64,000 nucleotides of DNA from an uncultured virus (IMG/VR IMGVR_UViG_3300032069_000008) (taxonomy: Duplodnaviria; Heunggongvirae; Uroviricota; Caudoviricetes), in IMG/VR virus record IMGVR_UViG_3300032069_000008. The stretch is one strand, 5' to 3'. The notes below the pieces were generated by a model. The model did not search any database, had not been told where the DNA came from, and saw only the letters and a list, made by a program, of their open reading frames with translations. Below, in pieces: positions 8,924-15,817 of the stretch (the stretch's first letter is position 1; each line of letters opens with the position of its first letter). The position numbers were made by a program, and so were the translations under genes.

Positions 8924-8997
8924 TAGGCGTGGAATGATTTGAACATTCAACCGATGCGTTGTAAACGCATTGCACCACCAGATTGTGCTACACGCCT
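8924..8997 (-). tRNA. tRNA-Val(TAC)
   Basis: Arm ATGCG-TTTACAA-CGCAT. Confidence 0.9.
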
Positions 8998-8998
8998 A

Positions 8999-9072
8999 TG
9001 GACTTGGTAGGATTTGAACCTACAACGTCTGCCTCTTCAGGACAGCGAACTCCCAGATTGTTCTACAAGTCC
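8999..9072 (-). tRNA. tRNA-Phe(GAA)
   Basis: Arm CTGTC-CTGAAGA-GGCAG. Confidence 0.92.
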
Positions 9073-9075
9073 TTA

Positions 9076-9147
9076 TGTTCCCATCGGGACTCGAACCCAA
9101 GTTTCCAGGCCGAGAACCTAGCGTGATTGCCTCTACACCATGGGAAC
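9076..9147 (-). tRNA. tRNA-Glu(CTC)
   Basis: Acceptor GTTCCCA/TGGGAAC, loop TTCTCGG. Confidence 0.88.
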
Positions 9148-9164
9148 GAAGTAGAAGTTTCCCT

Positions 9165-9488
9165 CTACTCTTTTATTTGTTCTGCAAGACTTGTTGGCAG
9201 ATTCAACTTTTTCAGCAATCTTCCTGTTACAACTATTCTTGCTTGTGAATAATTGAAAGGTTCATCCGTCCAGCATTTTGCTTCATCTTCAGCAAATGAT
9301 TTTCCATCACTTGCCTCAGCTTTCGTATATCCGACCCAGATTGGTAATCCTGTGTAAGTGCTTCTAGGTCCTACATGATTTGGTCTGTGATGATATTCGA
9401 TTACCATCTTATGTCCACTGGTTTCTATCACTCGCTTCTCATCCTTATCTTGAAGGATGGCATCATATATTTTTTGTTTATTTTTCAT
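9165..9488 (-). CDS. 107-aa virus-type hypothetical protein embedded in the tRNA array
   Basis: ATG at 9488 preceded by GGTGA; fills the gap between the two tRNA-Glu genes; AKC..D.FN....R motif. Confidence 0.7.
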   Translation of the reverse strand: MKNKQKIYDAILQDKDEKRVIETSGHKMVIEYHHRPNHVGPRSTYTGLPIWVGYTKAEASDGKSFAEDEAKCWTDEPFNYSQARIVVTGRLLKKLNLPTSLAEQIKE

Positions 9489-9502
9489 GGCTCTTTCACC
9501 AG

Positions 9503-9577
9503 TGTTCCCAATGGGATTTGAACCCATGACTGTGGGTCGAAAGCCCACTATCTTTGTCCGACCTAGACTATGGGAAC
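9503..9577 (-). tRNA. tRNA-Glu(TTC)
   Basis: Arm GTGGG-CTTTCGA-CCCAC. Confidence 0.9.
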
Positions 9578-9580
9578 GGA

Positions 9581-9653
9581 CGGTCTCATCGGGATTTGAA
9601 CCCAAATCGTCTGATAGACAGTCAGATATGATACCTGATTACACCATGAGACC
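9581..9653 (-). tRNA. tRNA-Asp(GTC)
   Basis: Arm TCTGA-CTGTCTA-TCAGA, G73. Confidence 0.9.
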
Positions 9654-9655
9654 TA

Positions 9656-9729
9656 TGGAGTTAGAGGGATTTGAACCCTCAGTCAACGATTTGCAAAACC
9701 GTTATCTTCCCTGGTTAGACCATAACCCC
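9656..9729 (-). tRNA. tRNA-Ala(TGC)
   Basis: G3:U70 in GGGGTTA/TAACTCC; loop TTTGCAA. Confidence 0.88.
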
Positions 9730-9730
9730 A

Positions 9731-9806
9731 TTACGGTGGGAGGATTTGAACCTCCATACTTTAGCTTATGAGGCTAATGGACATCCAAGTTGTCCGTCAC
9801 ACCGTA
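9731..9806 (-). tRNA. tRNA with CAT anticodon (elongator Met or Ile2)
   Basis: Arm TTAGC-CTCATAA-GCTAA; 4-nt acceptor/D linker (2 nt longer than usual). Confidence 0.8.
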
Positions 9807-9877
9807 TAATCCCGCCCGGGTTCGAACCGAGGTTTGCGGGTTCAAAGCCCTGTCATTGACCACTAGACTACGGGATT
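9807..9877 (-). tRNA. tRNA-Gln(TTG)
   Basis: A1:U72 (archaeal Gln identity), loop CTTTGAA. Confidence 0.85.
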
Positions 9878-9883
9878 TTATGA

Positions 9884-9949
9884 TAGTTCCGAACGGATTC
9901 GAACCGTTGTCACCGCCTTCAGGGGGCAGTATCGTTGGAACACGGAATA
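9884..9949 (-). pseudogene. Degenerate tRNA-Gln(CTG)
   Basis: Intact anticodon arm (loop CCCTGAA) and T arm; truncated D arm and only a 5-bp acceptor stem. Confidence 0.65.
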
Positions 9950-9950
9950 T

Positions 9951-10055
9951 GTCCCGACAGGTTTCGCTGTGAGAGGAGCGTACGCCTTCCCACACGCTTT
10001 AGTTGTTCTTTTGATTAAAGAACTTATAACCAGGGTCATCAGCCTTGCTGTCGGA
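9951..10055 (-). ncRNA. Candidate structured RNA within the tRNA array
   Basis: Closing helix TCCGACAG/CTGTCGGG with two internal hairpins. Confidence 0.45.
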
Positions 10056-10126
10056 TGCACCCAACGGGAATCGAACCCGTATATTTGCGTTGGAAGCGCA
10101 ACTCCCTACCATTGGGATATGGATGC
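10056..10126 (-). tRNA. tRNA-Gly(TCC)
   Basis: Arm TTGCG-CTTCCAA-CGCAA. Confidence 0.9.
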
Positions 10127-10184
10127 AGGCAAAGCGTCCCACGTCAAGAATAATCTTCTTTTCTGTTATTCTTCCATTTTTATA

Positions 10185-10255
10185 TGCGGATGCCGGGAGT
10201 TGAACCCAGACTGTCTGATTGGCAACCAGAAGTCATGCCGTTAGACCACAACCGC
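10185..10255 (-). tRNA. tRNA-Gly(GCC)
   Basis: Arm TCTGG-TTGCCAA-TCAGA. Confidence 0.87.
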
Positions 10256-10263
10256 TTAAAAAA

Positions 10264-10337
10264 AGCCACCGACCGGAATCGAACCGATATTTCGTTCCCT
10301 TACAGGGGGAGTGCAAGCCAATTTTTGCTACGGTGGC
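10264..10337 (-). tRNA. tRNA-Thr(TGT)
   Basis: Acceptor GCCACCG/CGGTGGC, U73, loop CCTGTAA. Confidence 0.87.
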
Positions 10338-10527
10338 ACTAAAAAGGGGAACTAATATTCCGTCGGTGTCTCGACACTATCTATATGTCTACCCCAGGCT
10401 ATCCCACTAAAAATCGCATTACACTTCTGAGACATACGTTGTCGAGACATTCTAAATCACTTTATTCCATCTCCAAAGAGTCTACTCATTAGTAAATGGA
10501 AATCATTTAAAAAGAAATAAAAAAGGG

Positions 10528-10570
10528 AGTATATAAAATTATTGACAGACCAAAACTCTTATAAATAAAA
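10528..10570. promoter_or_regulatory. Divergent TATA boxes for the two tRNA transcripts
   Basis: TTTTATATA on the minus strand (about 10530-10538); CAAAACT-CTTATAAATA on the plus strand (about 10552-10567). Confidence 0.55.
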
Positions 10571-10600
10571 ACAATATTTGCTTTTTAATGAAAAACAAAA

Positions 10601-10665
10601 TCTTATCCAGTTTGCTAGAGTCGTTACGGCTCAGTCCCTTACGGGACTAATTACATTGGATAAGA
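10601..10665 (+). ncRNA. Candidate structured RNA (multi-way junction) ahead of tRNA-Leu
   Basis: TCTTATCCA/TGGATAAGA stem enclosing GAGTCG-TTA-CGGCTC and AGTCCC-TTAC-GGGACT. Confidence 0.45.
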
Positions 10666-10673
10666 CTATTTTT

Positions 10674-10820
10674 GCCGACGTAGCCAAGTCTGACGAAGGC
10701 GCTAGACAGAATTTTTGGGCGAAGCTTAAAAACTTTGGGCGATGCTCAAACAATCGCCAACTTGGAGAGACCTAGTCCCGTAGGGGTTAAAACCCGTAGG
10801 TTCAAATCCTGCCGTCGGCA
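10674..10820 (+). tRNA. Intron-containing tRNA-Leu with alternative anticodon exons (TAA or CAA)
   Basis: Acceptor GCCGACG/CGTCGGC plus A73; archaeal Leu variable arm TCCCGTAGGGGTT. Exons 10674-10705, then 10724-10730 or 10744-10750, then 10770-10820, with BHB motifs at 30/31 and 37/38. Confidence 0.8.
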
Positions 10821-10824
10821 CTAG

Positions 10825-10910
10825 GCAGGAATGGCCGAGTGGTTAAAGGCGATAGGTTGCTAACCTATTGGTTGAAATATACCACGTAAGTTCAAATCTT
10901 ACTTCCTGCG
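10825..10910 (+). tRNA. tRNA-Ser(GCT)
   Basis: Arm ATAGG-TTGCTAA-CCTAT, long variable arm, G73. Confidence 0.92.
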
Positions 10911-10913
10911 TAG

Positions 10914-10995
10914 GGTGAGATGACAGAATCAGGGATTGTACCCCGCTTGAGACGGGTGCTTACTGGTGACAGTATTGAAGGTTCAAATCTCACCG
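10914..10995 (+). pseudogene. Degenerate tRNA-Ser(TGA)
   Basis: Acceptor GGTGAGA/TCTCACC, loop CTTGAGA and long variable arm present; 3' strand of the T stem missing. Confidence 0.7.
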
Positions 10996-11023
10996 CTTCA
11001 AAATTGTATGCCGTTGTTGACAT

Positions 11024-11041
11024 AGTTTTTAAGTAGATAGA
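11024..11041 (+). promoter_or_regulatory. Archaeal promoter, second copy of AGTTTTTAAGTAGATAGA
   Basis: Identical to 5990-6007. Confidence 0.65.
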
Positions 11042-11063
11042 AGTTGATTTCTTTTTGGTCACT

Positions 11064-11753
11064 ATGCTTGAAAATGCACAAGTTTGTAAAAAGATAGGAG
11101 GCACCATAAACGGTGATTTCTGTTACATCAACGATAGCTATCTGAAAGAAGCAGATTTGGAATGCCCGCAAGTTCATGGAACGCGTGTACCTGTTTTAGC
11201 AGAGAGCAATCTCTTATTATGTGAAATACCTCTTGCTGAATTGTCACTAATGTCGGAATGTACGTTCAAGATGCTGGAAAGACGGGAGTTGGAAAGGATT
11301 AATCCACCAACCAAACCAATCGGTTTTGTTGAAACTAAAGATGGTGTTCCAATGATAAGTATGTCAACGACAGAACACAGACCCCTAACCCCAGAAACGC
11401 TTACAGATGCAATAAACCGTACGTTGCTTCAAAAAAATAAATTCAGAGCTGATGTTGGAGATAACTGGTTCCCATGTGGCTTTGTGAACCTGCATGTAGA
11501 TGGTCGTGACCCTTTGGTTACGTTCTTGAAAAAATACGGTATAAAAGATGAAAGTTCAGACTACATAAAATTTGATAAAATTGAAATCAAAAGGGATGAA
11601 TACGCCGGTGGATACAGAATATACCTTAGATATGGTGGGCGAGATGCAGTTGAACAGCAATCAATGAATTTTAAGAATCTACTATATAGCGAATTGCAAA
11701 AACAACTTGCGTTGCTTGGTATAAGAACAACTGTAGACAGCATGATTGATTAG
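11064..11753 (+). CDS. Virus-type hypothetical protein
   Basis: CGF...G...LKK.G...QSM..K...L...GI...S.ID pattern resembling phage hypothetical proteins. Confidence 0.65.
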   Translation: MLENAQVCKKIGGTINGDFCYINDSYLKEADLECPQVHGTRVPVLAESNLLLCEIPLAELSLMSECTFKMLERRELERINPPTKPIGFVETKDGVPMISMSTTEHRPLTPETLTDAINRTLLQKNKFRADVGDNWFPCGFVNLHVDGRDPLVTFLKKYGIKDESSDYIKFDKIEIKRDEYAGGYRIYLRYGGRDAVEQQSMNFKNLLYSELQKQLALLGIRTTVDSMID

Positions 11754-11763
11754 AAGAGGAAAG

Positions 11764-12063
11764 ATGGTAGAGATTGAAGAAGCAATAAAACTATGCGATA
11801 GCAAGTCAAACAAAGAAACAATTATCGCCTGTAAATTTAATTTGCTTCACAAAATTACTGAAAAACAAGACATAGTAAACCTTGACCTTATTAAAACACT
11901 TGATGATGACACAGATGAACGGTGGGTTCCGCTTCATATGGTGAATAATGCAAATGCTATAATTCTTGGTGTGTCACGTAATAAGGTCGGCCTAAGTCGA
12001 TACTCCATGAACTGTATGTCAAAGAAAAGGTTGGATATCTTAATGATATGTGGGACCGGATAA
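11764..12063 (+). CDS. Hypothetical protein
   Basis: GAGG ribosome-binding site; in operon. Confidence 0.6.
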   Translation: MVEIEEAIKLCDSKSNKETIIACKFNLLHKITEKQDIVNLDLIKTLDDDTDERWVPLHMVNNANAIILGVSRNKVGLSRYSMNCMSKKRLDILMICGTG

Positions 12064-12072
12064 GGTGGACGT

Positions 12073-12606
12073 ATGGAGATTGACCTGGTAAACTACTTTA
12101 AAAAGTCAAATACACTGCAATATCGTGAGTTTATGAAAGCGTGTGAGAGCTACAATGGGAAAATGACCGATGATGGTGCATGCCACCTTAAAAAAGATAA
12201 GGTAAAAGTTCTCATACGAGATTGGCGTGATAACAGCGTTGAAAGGCCAGACCATAATTTAAAAGGCATATTCGCACGGAATGATTTATTCTTTTTATGC
12301 TATGCTCAAAATACACATGTAGAGATACGCAGTGACCTCAATACACACCCCACAAACGAATTATTTGACGATGTTTATAAAAGATGGCTTGAAGCAGTTG
12401 ATGATGAATCTGTTTTTCCCGATTGGCTTGTTCACAGGGATGACTGGCGTTTAAGTATATCCAATTACGGATACGCTGTTAGTGCAAGAAAAAAGAAATG
12501 CAATGAAGTAGAAGAATTGCGTGTCAGCGGACTTATTGATGAGGTAATGCTTGGTCATAGAACAATTACAGATGTGATGATGGGCGAATTGGAGGCAAAA
12601 AAATGA
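12073..12606 (+). CDS. Hypothetical protein
   Basis: AGGTG ribosome-binding site; in operon. Confidence 0.65.
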   Translation: MEIDLVNYFKKSNTLQYREFMKACESYNGKMTDDGACHLKKDKVKVLIRDWRDNSVERPDHNLKGIFARNDLFFLCYAQNTHVEIRSDLNTHPTNELFDDVYKRWLEAVDDESVFPDWLVHRDDWRLSISNYGYAVSARKKKCNEVEELRVSGLIDEVMLGHRTITDVMMGELEAKK

Positions 12607-13007
12607 TAAAATGGAAATTAGATGAGGAAACAGCAAGAAACGACAGAGTATCAGGTTGGGTCAGTGAGGTGTGCGAAGGAATAGCAAAAGAGATAGACCT
12701 ACCATGCAAAGACCATATTCTAATTTGCTCTGGTGGGCCATATCGCGGTCAAGATGTAAGCGTTGAATATAATGTTGATAAAAAAGAACTGAAAGTAGAT
12801 TTTTACTCACCAATACGATTTGATGGCAGGGAAAAAGATGCAGTAAATTATGCAATAGGGTTGCTGAAAGAAGGGTGCATCACTCGTGCACATCTTGAAA
12901 AGGAATACCCTGAAAATTGGAAAGAAAAATGGCACGAATGGCGAAAAGGGATGCTAGAGCTCTCAGCCCAAGAGCAAATGGATATATTAAAGGAACTTAG
13001 AAAATGA
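12603..13007 (+). CDS. Hypothetical protein
   Basis: ATGA overlap with the upstream gene. Confidence 0.65.
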   Translation: MIKWKLDEETARNDRVSGWVSEVCEGIAKEIDLPCKDHILICSGGPYRGQDVSVEYNVDKKELKVDFYSPIRFDGREKDAVNYAIGLLKEGCITRAHLEKEYPENWKEKWHEWRKGMLELSAQEQMDILKELRK

Positions 13008-13108
13008 ACTTTGATGAGATGACTAAAGAGCAACAGGACGCATGGAAGGAATTAGTTATAGCAAGACTAAAAGTAATGCCCGATAACATAAGAATTTCTA
13101 TAGGTTGA
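13004..13108 (+). CDS. 34-aa small protein
   Basis: ATGA overlap; MNFDEMTKEQQDAWKELVIARLKVMPDNIRISIG fills the gap in the operon. Confidence 0.45.
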   Translation: MNFDEMTKEQQDAWKELVIARLKVMPDNIRISIG

Positions 13109-13124
13109 GTGAAGGAATTAGAAA

Positions 13125-13511
13125 ATGAAGTTATACCACGGAACGGCAAGGGCTTTAGGAATTATCGCAGAAAACGATGGCTTGAACCCAACTGGATGCG
13201 AATCTGTCTCAGAGGAGTTCAGAAAAAGCCGTTGTTCCGAACCAGGTTATGTTTATTTTTTTGAGGACAAGGAAGATGCGGTAACTTTTGCATGTGGAAC
13301 TGCATTCAAAGTAGGATTAGGAATGCAAGGAGAAATTTTTGAAATCAATTCAGAAGACGTCTCAGTAGAAAAAGACCCGTTACTTCCATATGGTAGCTGG
13401 AGGCACGAGGGAAGTGTAGCTCATGACAAACTCAAGACTGCTGAAACCATCGACTGCGAAAAAATAGGGCAGGGTAGGAAATTCTGGGAAAAGAGATTTA
13501 AAAATTGGTGA
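13125..13511 (+). CDS. ADP-ribosyltransferase-fold protein (Tpt1/KptA-like)
   Basis: LYHGT...GL...GYVYF...A..FA...IFEI motif order. Confidence 0.6.
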   Translation: MKLYHGTARALGIIAENDGLNPTGCESVSEEFRKSRCSEPGYVYFFEDKEDAVTFACGTAFKVGLGMQGEIFEINSEDVSVEKDPLLPYGSWRHEGSVAHDKLKTAETIDCEKIGQGRKFWEKRFKNW

Positions 13512-13514
13512 AAA

Positions 13515-14639
13515 ATGAAGGAAATGCGTATCGCATGCTGGACAAAAACAGTTTACTCTGACGACCCCAGTATTAACGATTCATTGAGGGGGAGAGATTT
13601 CAGCCCAGGAAAACATTATGTAAGAGCCAACAATGAGATGCATGAGATAGATGTTAACGCCCCGAACGTGGATGAATCAGAGTTCTGCAAATTCAATGTA
13701 TGTCCTATCGGTACAATAGGGGTTGAGGAAGCGTGTCTTGAAAATGCAACAACTATGAAACCAATAGATAAAATAAGAAAAAAAGAAGTAATGCGAACCG
13801 ATGAACGTGGACATCCTGTGAAAGCGGATAGAATGGTTGGAAAAGAGATGGTTGATTTTCTTGGCAGGCCCGTAACAAAGATAGTTGAAGAGAAAATAAA
13901 AGGTTGCCCAAGTGAATATGTGATGGGTGAACGAACAGACCGTATCAACTGGCTTGGAAGGAAGAAACCGATGCCAACCGCAGGTATATTCCCAAGGGAG
14001 ATGGACGTAGGAGTGGATGTGCTTGAACCAAAACAAGCAGAAGGGGCTGAACTTGAAATATCTACTACCCCTGTTTGTGTAAAGATACAGCCGATGCCGA
14101 TGGAGAAAAAATGGGTGGAGATGATTACGGACAGCATCATCGGTTGGGGTGGTTATTCAGAATTTCCATTCTGGGATTTGAACTGGGATTTGATGATTGC
14201 TATTGCGGAAAAGCGAGGTCGTTGGACAGGCGATTACATGGCACATAACGCTGAAATCGAAGAAGGACACCGCATCTGCTGGAGCGAATACAATGAATAT
14301 CCTTGTGCATGTTTCAAAAATAAAGAAGATGCCGAAAACTTCAAAAAAAGCATAAAATATTACGATTACTCAAAAGAGTTCCAGAAGGATACCGAGGAAC
14401 AGCTGAAAGATGATAAACGAGAAGGTGTCTTTGATGGGAAAATCACAGAGGAGGCAATCCAAGAGAAAATGGAAATCGAACGGCAATTCTTTTTTGAAGA
14501 CCTACAAAACGAATTCGAGTCATTCCTTGGTACAGGTGAAAAATCATTCCGTGAGGAGCCCGTGCAATTCTGCTGGAAACGTGAAGGTAAAAAAGATATA
14601 AATACTATAGTCCTTGTCAAAGAGGATGAGAGGATATGA
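13515..14639 (+). CDS. Hypothetical protein (374 aa)
   Basis: Long ORF with GGTGA ribosome-binding site. Confidence 0.7.
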   Translation: MKEMRIACWTKTVYSDDPSINDSLRGRDFSPGKHYVRANNEMHEIDVNAPNVDESEFCKFNVCPIGTIGVEEACLENATTMKPIDKIRKKEVMRTDERGHPVKADRMVGKEMVDFLGRPVTKIVEEKIKGCPSEYVMGERTDRINWLGRKKPMPTAGIFPREMDVGVDVLEPKQAEGAELEISTTPVCVKIQPMPMEKKWVEMITDSIIGWGGYSEFPFWDLNWDLMIAIAEKRGRWTGDYMAHNAEIEEGHRICWSEYNEYPCACFKNKEDAENFKKSIKYYDYSKEFQKDTEEQLKDDKREGVFDGKITEEAIQEKMEIERQFFFEDLQNEFESFLGTGEKSFREEPVQFCWKREGKKDINTIVLVKEDERI

Positions 14640-14865
14640 AAAGTTATAAAGAACTTCTAAACAAAAGAGACCCCTTCGACAGGCAACTCCTGAAGTCAGT
14701 TAAAGATGGCACGTTAAAGATTGGTGTAGTTGGAATTAAGGAGAAAACGAAACATGGCTGAAATTAAATATAATATTACACTAAACCAAGAGAAATGTCT
14801 ATTAATGAATACAACGAATTTGTCTCGTGAATTAAAAAAACGTTTTAAAAAATAATTCATTTCTT

Positions 14866-15120
14866 CTAAGATTTATAGCTCGGCTCTCTGCAACCACATC
14901 TCTTTGCCTTATCCTTTAATATGACTTTTTTAAATCTCAAATCATTTATTTTGCTGTCTATCTGTTCCTCAACTTCAGGCGAAATCTGACCTTTTCTCAA
15001 GTTCTCAAGTGTACTCTGATATTTATCAAGCTCATCAATAGTGGTACTGAGAACATCACAGCACTCGGTATGCTTCTTGTTTTTGACGTCTATTTCAATG
15101 AATTTTGGCATATTGACCAA
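14866..15120 (-). CDS. Small coiled-coil hypothetical protein
   Basis: Minus-strand ORF occupying a gap between + strand operons. Confidence 0.5.
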   Translation of the reverse strand: MVNMPKFIEIDVKNKKHTECCDVLSTTIDELDKYQSTLENLRKGQISPEVEEQIDSKINDLRFKKVILKDKAKRCGCREPSYKS

Positions 15121-15190
15121 TAACCAAATCTAATTTAAAAAGTATGCGTTTTGTGAACTAAACTTTTTATAGCAACCAAATCATTCATAA

Positions 15191-15571
15191 TTGATGGAAG
15201 GAACATTCTCACCGCTATGGAAAAAGTTAATGGACGTAGGCAGGACGATAGAGAAAGCAAGCGATACCATAGCGAATACTATGACAGCTGACCAAATGCA
15301 AACAATAAAGGAATCAATAGATTACATCGTGCCACAAGGCATACCTGACCCGATGCTATTTAACCAACAGTTTAATTTTGACATGAGAGGTGCGAGATAC
15401 CGTTTATACGATGCACTTGGTATGGCTATGGGTGGTCGATGGGGAGAAGATGGAGATACTCTAGCGTGGGTAGATAAACTTGTAAAAACATACATAGGGT
15501 GCGTAGAGGAAAAAGGCGTTAAAACAAGAAGCGAACTATATGATTGTGTCGGAGAAGAGGTTTATAAATAA
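15191..15571 (+). CDS. Hypothetical protein
   Basis: Preceded by AAACTTTTTATA (BRE/TATA-like). Confidence 0.6.
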   Translation: MMEGTFSPLWKKLMDVGRTIEKASDTIANTMTADQMQTIKESIDYIVPQGIPDPMLFNQQFNFDMRGARYRLYDALGMAMGGRWGEDGDTLAWVDKLVKTYIGCVEEKGVKTRSELYDCVGEEVYK

Positions 15572-15807
15572 TGACTACAGAACCATTGAAAAAGGAAGAT
15601 ATACGGTATAAAGAGACTAATTGGTCATACAAACCTTATGGTAATTATACCCAGCCAAACATAAAGTTAGAGAAACTCAAATCTGCTGTCGGGTGTCTTA
15701 AAGAAAAAGTAAAGAAAGACCAAACAGAAAAGGGAAGTTTCAGTGATAATAGAGATGTGATGAACTGGATTGATTATTGTTTTGGAGATGTGATAGATAT
15801 AAAATGA
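15571..15807 (+). CDS. Hypothetical protein
   Basis: Coupled ORF. Confidence 0.55.
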   Translation: MTTEPLKKEDIRYKETNWSYKPYGNYTQPNIKLEKLKSAVGCLKEKVKKDQTEKGSFSDNRDVMNWIDYCFGDVIDIK

Positions 15808-15817
15808 GGGGAAATAT

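Noticed and set aside
9656..9729. Reading this tRNA as Cys(GCA)
   Set aside because: The 7-nt loop register gives TGC, and G3:U70 with A73 indicates Ala.
9951..10055. Calling this element a hammerhead ribozyme
   Set aside because: CTGATGA and GAAAC are present, but stem I, the NUH cleavage site and a proper stem II closing pair are missing.
10702..10775. Reading the Leu gene as a single 37/38-intron tRNA with anticodon GAA, or reading CAG/GAG directly
   Set aside because: This gives an A31-C39 mismatch, no U33 and no BHB. The two-intron models give perfect arms and match the Leu body.
7995..10995. Suppressor tRNAs or an alternative genetic code
   Set aside because: No CTA, TTA or TCA anticodon was found, and genes end normally at TAA, TAG and TGA.
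7912..11107. Track ORFs overlapping the tRNA array (e.g. 7912-8172, 8526-8831, 9457-9771, 10578-10775)
   Set aside because: They are translations of tRNA sequence (recurring GFEP/GSNP from T arms). Only 9165-9488 looks like a real CDS.
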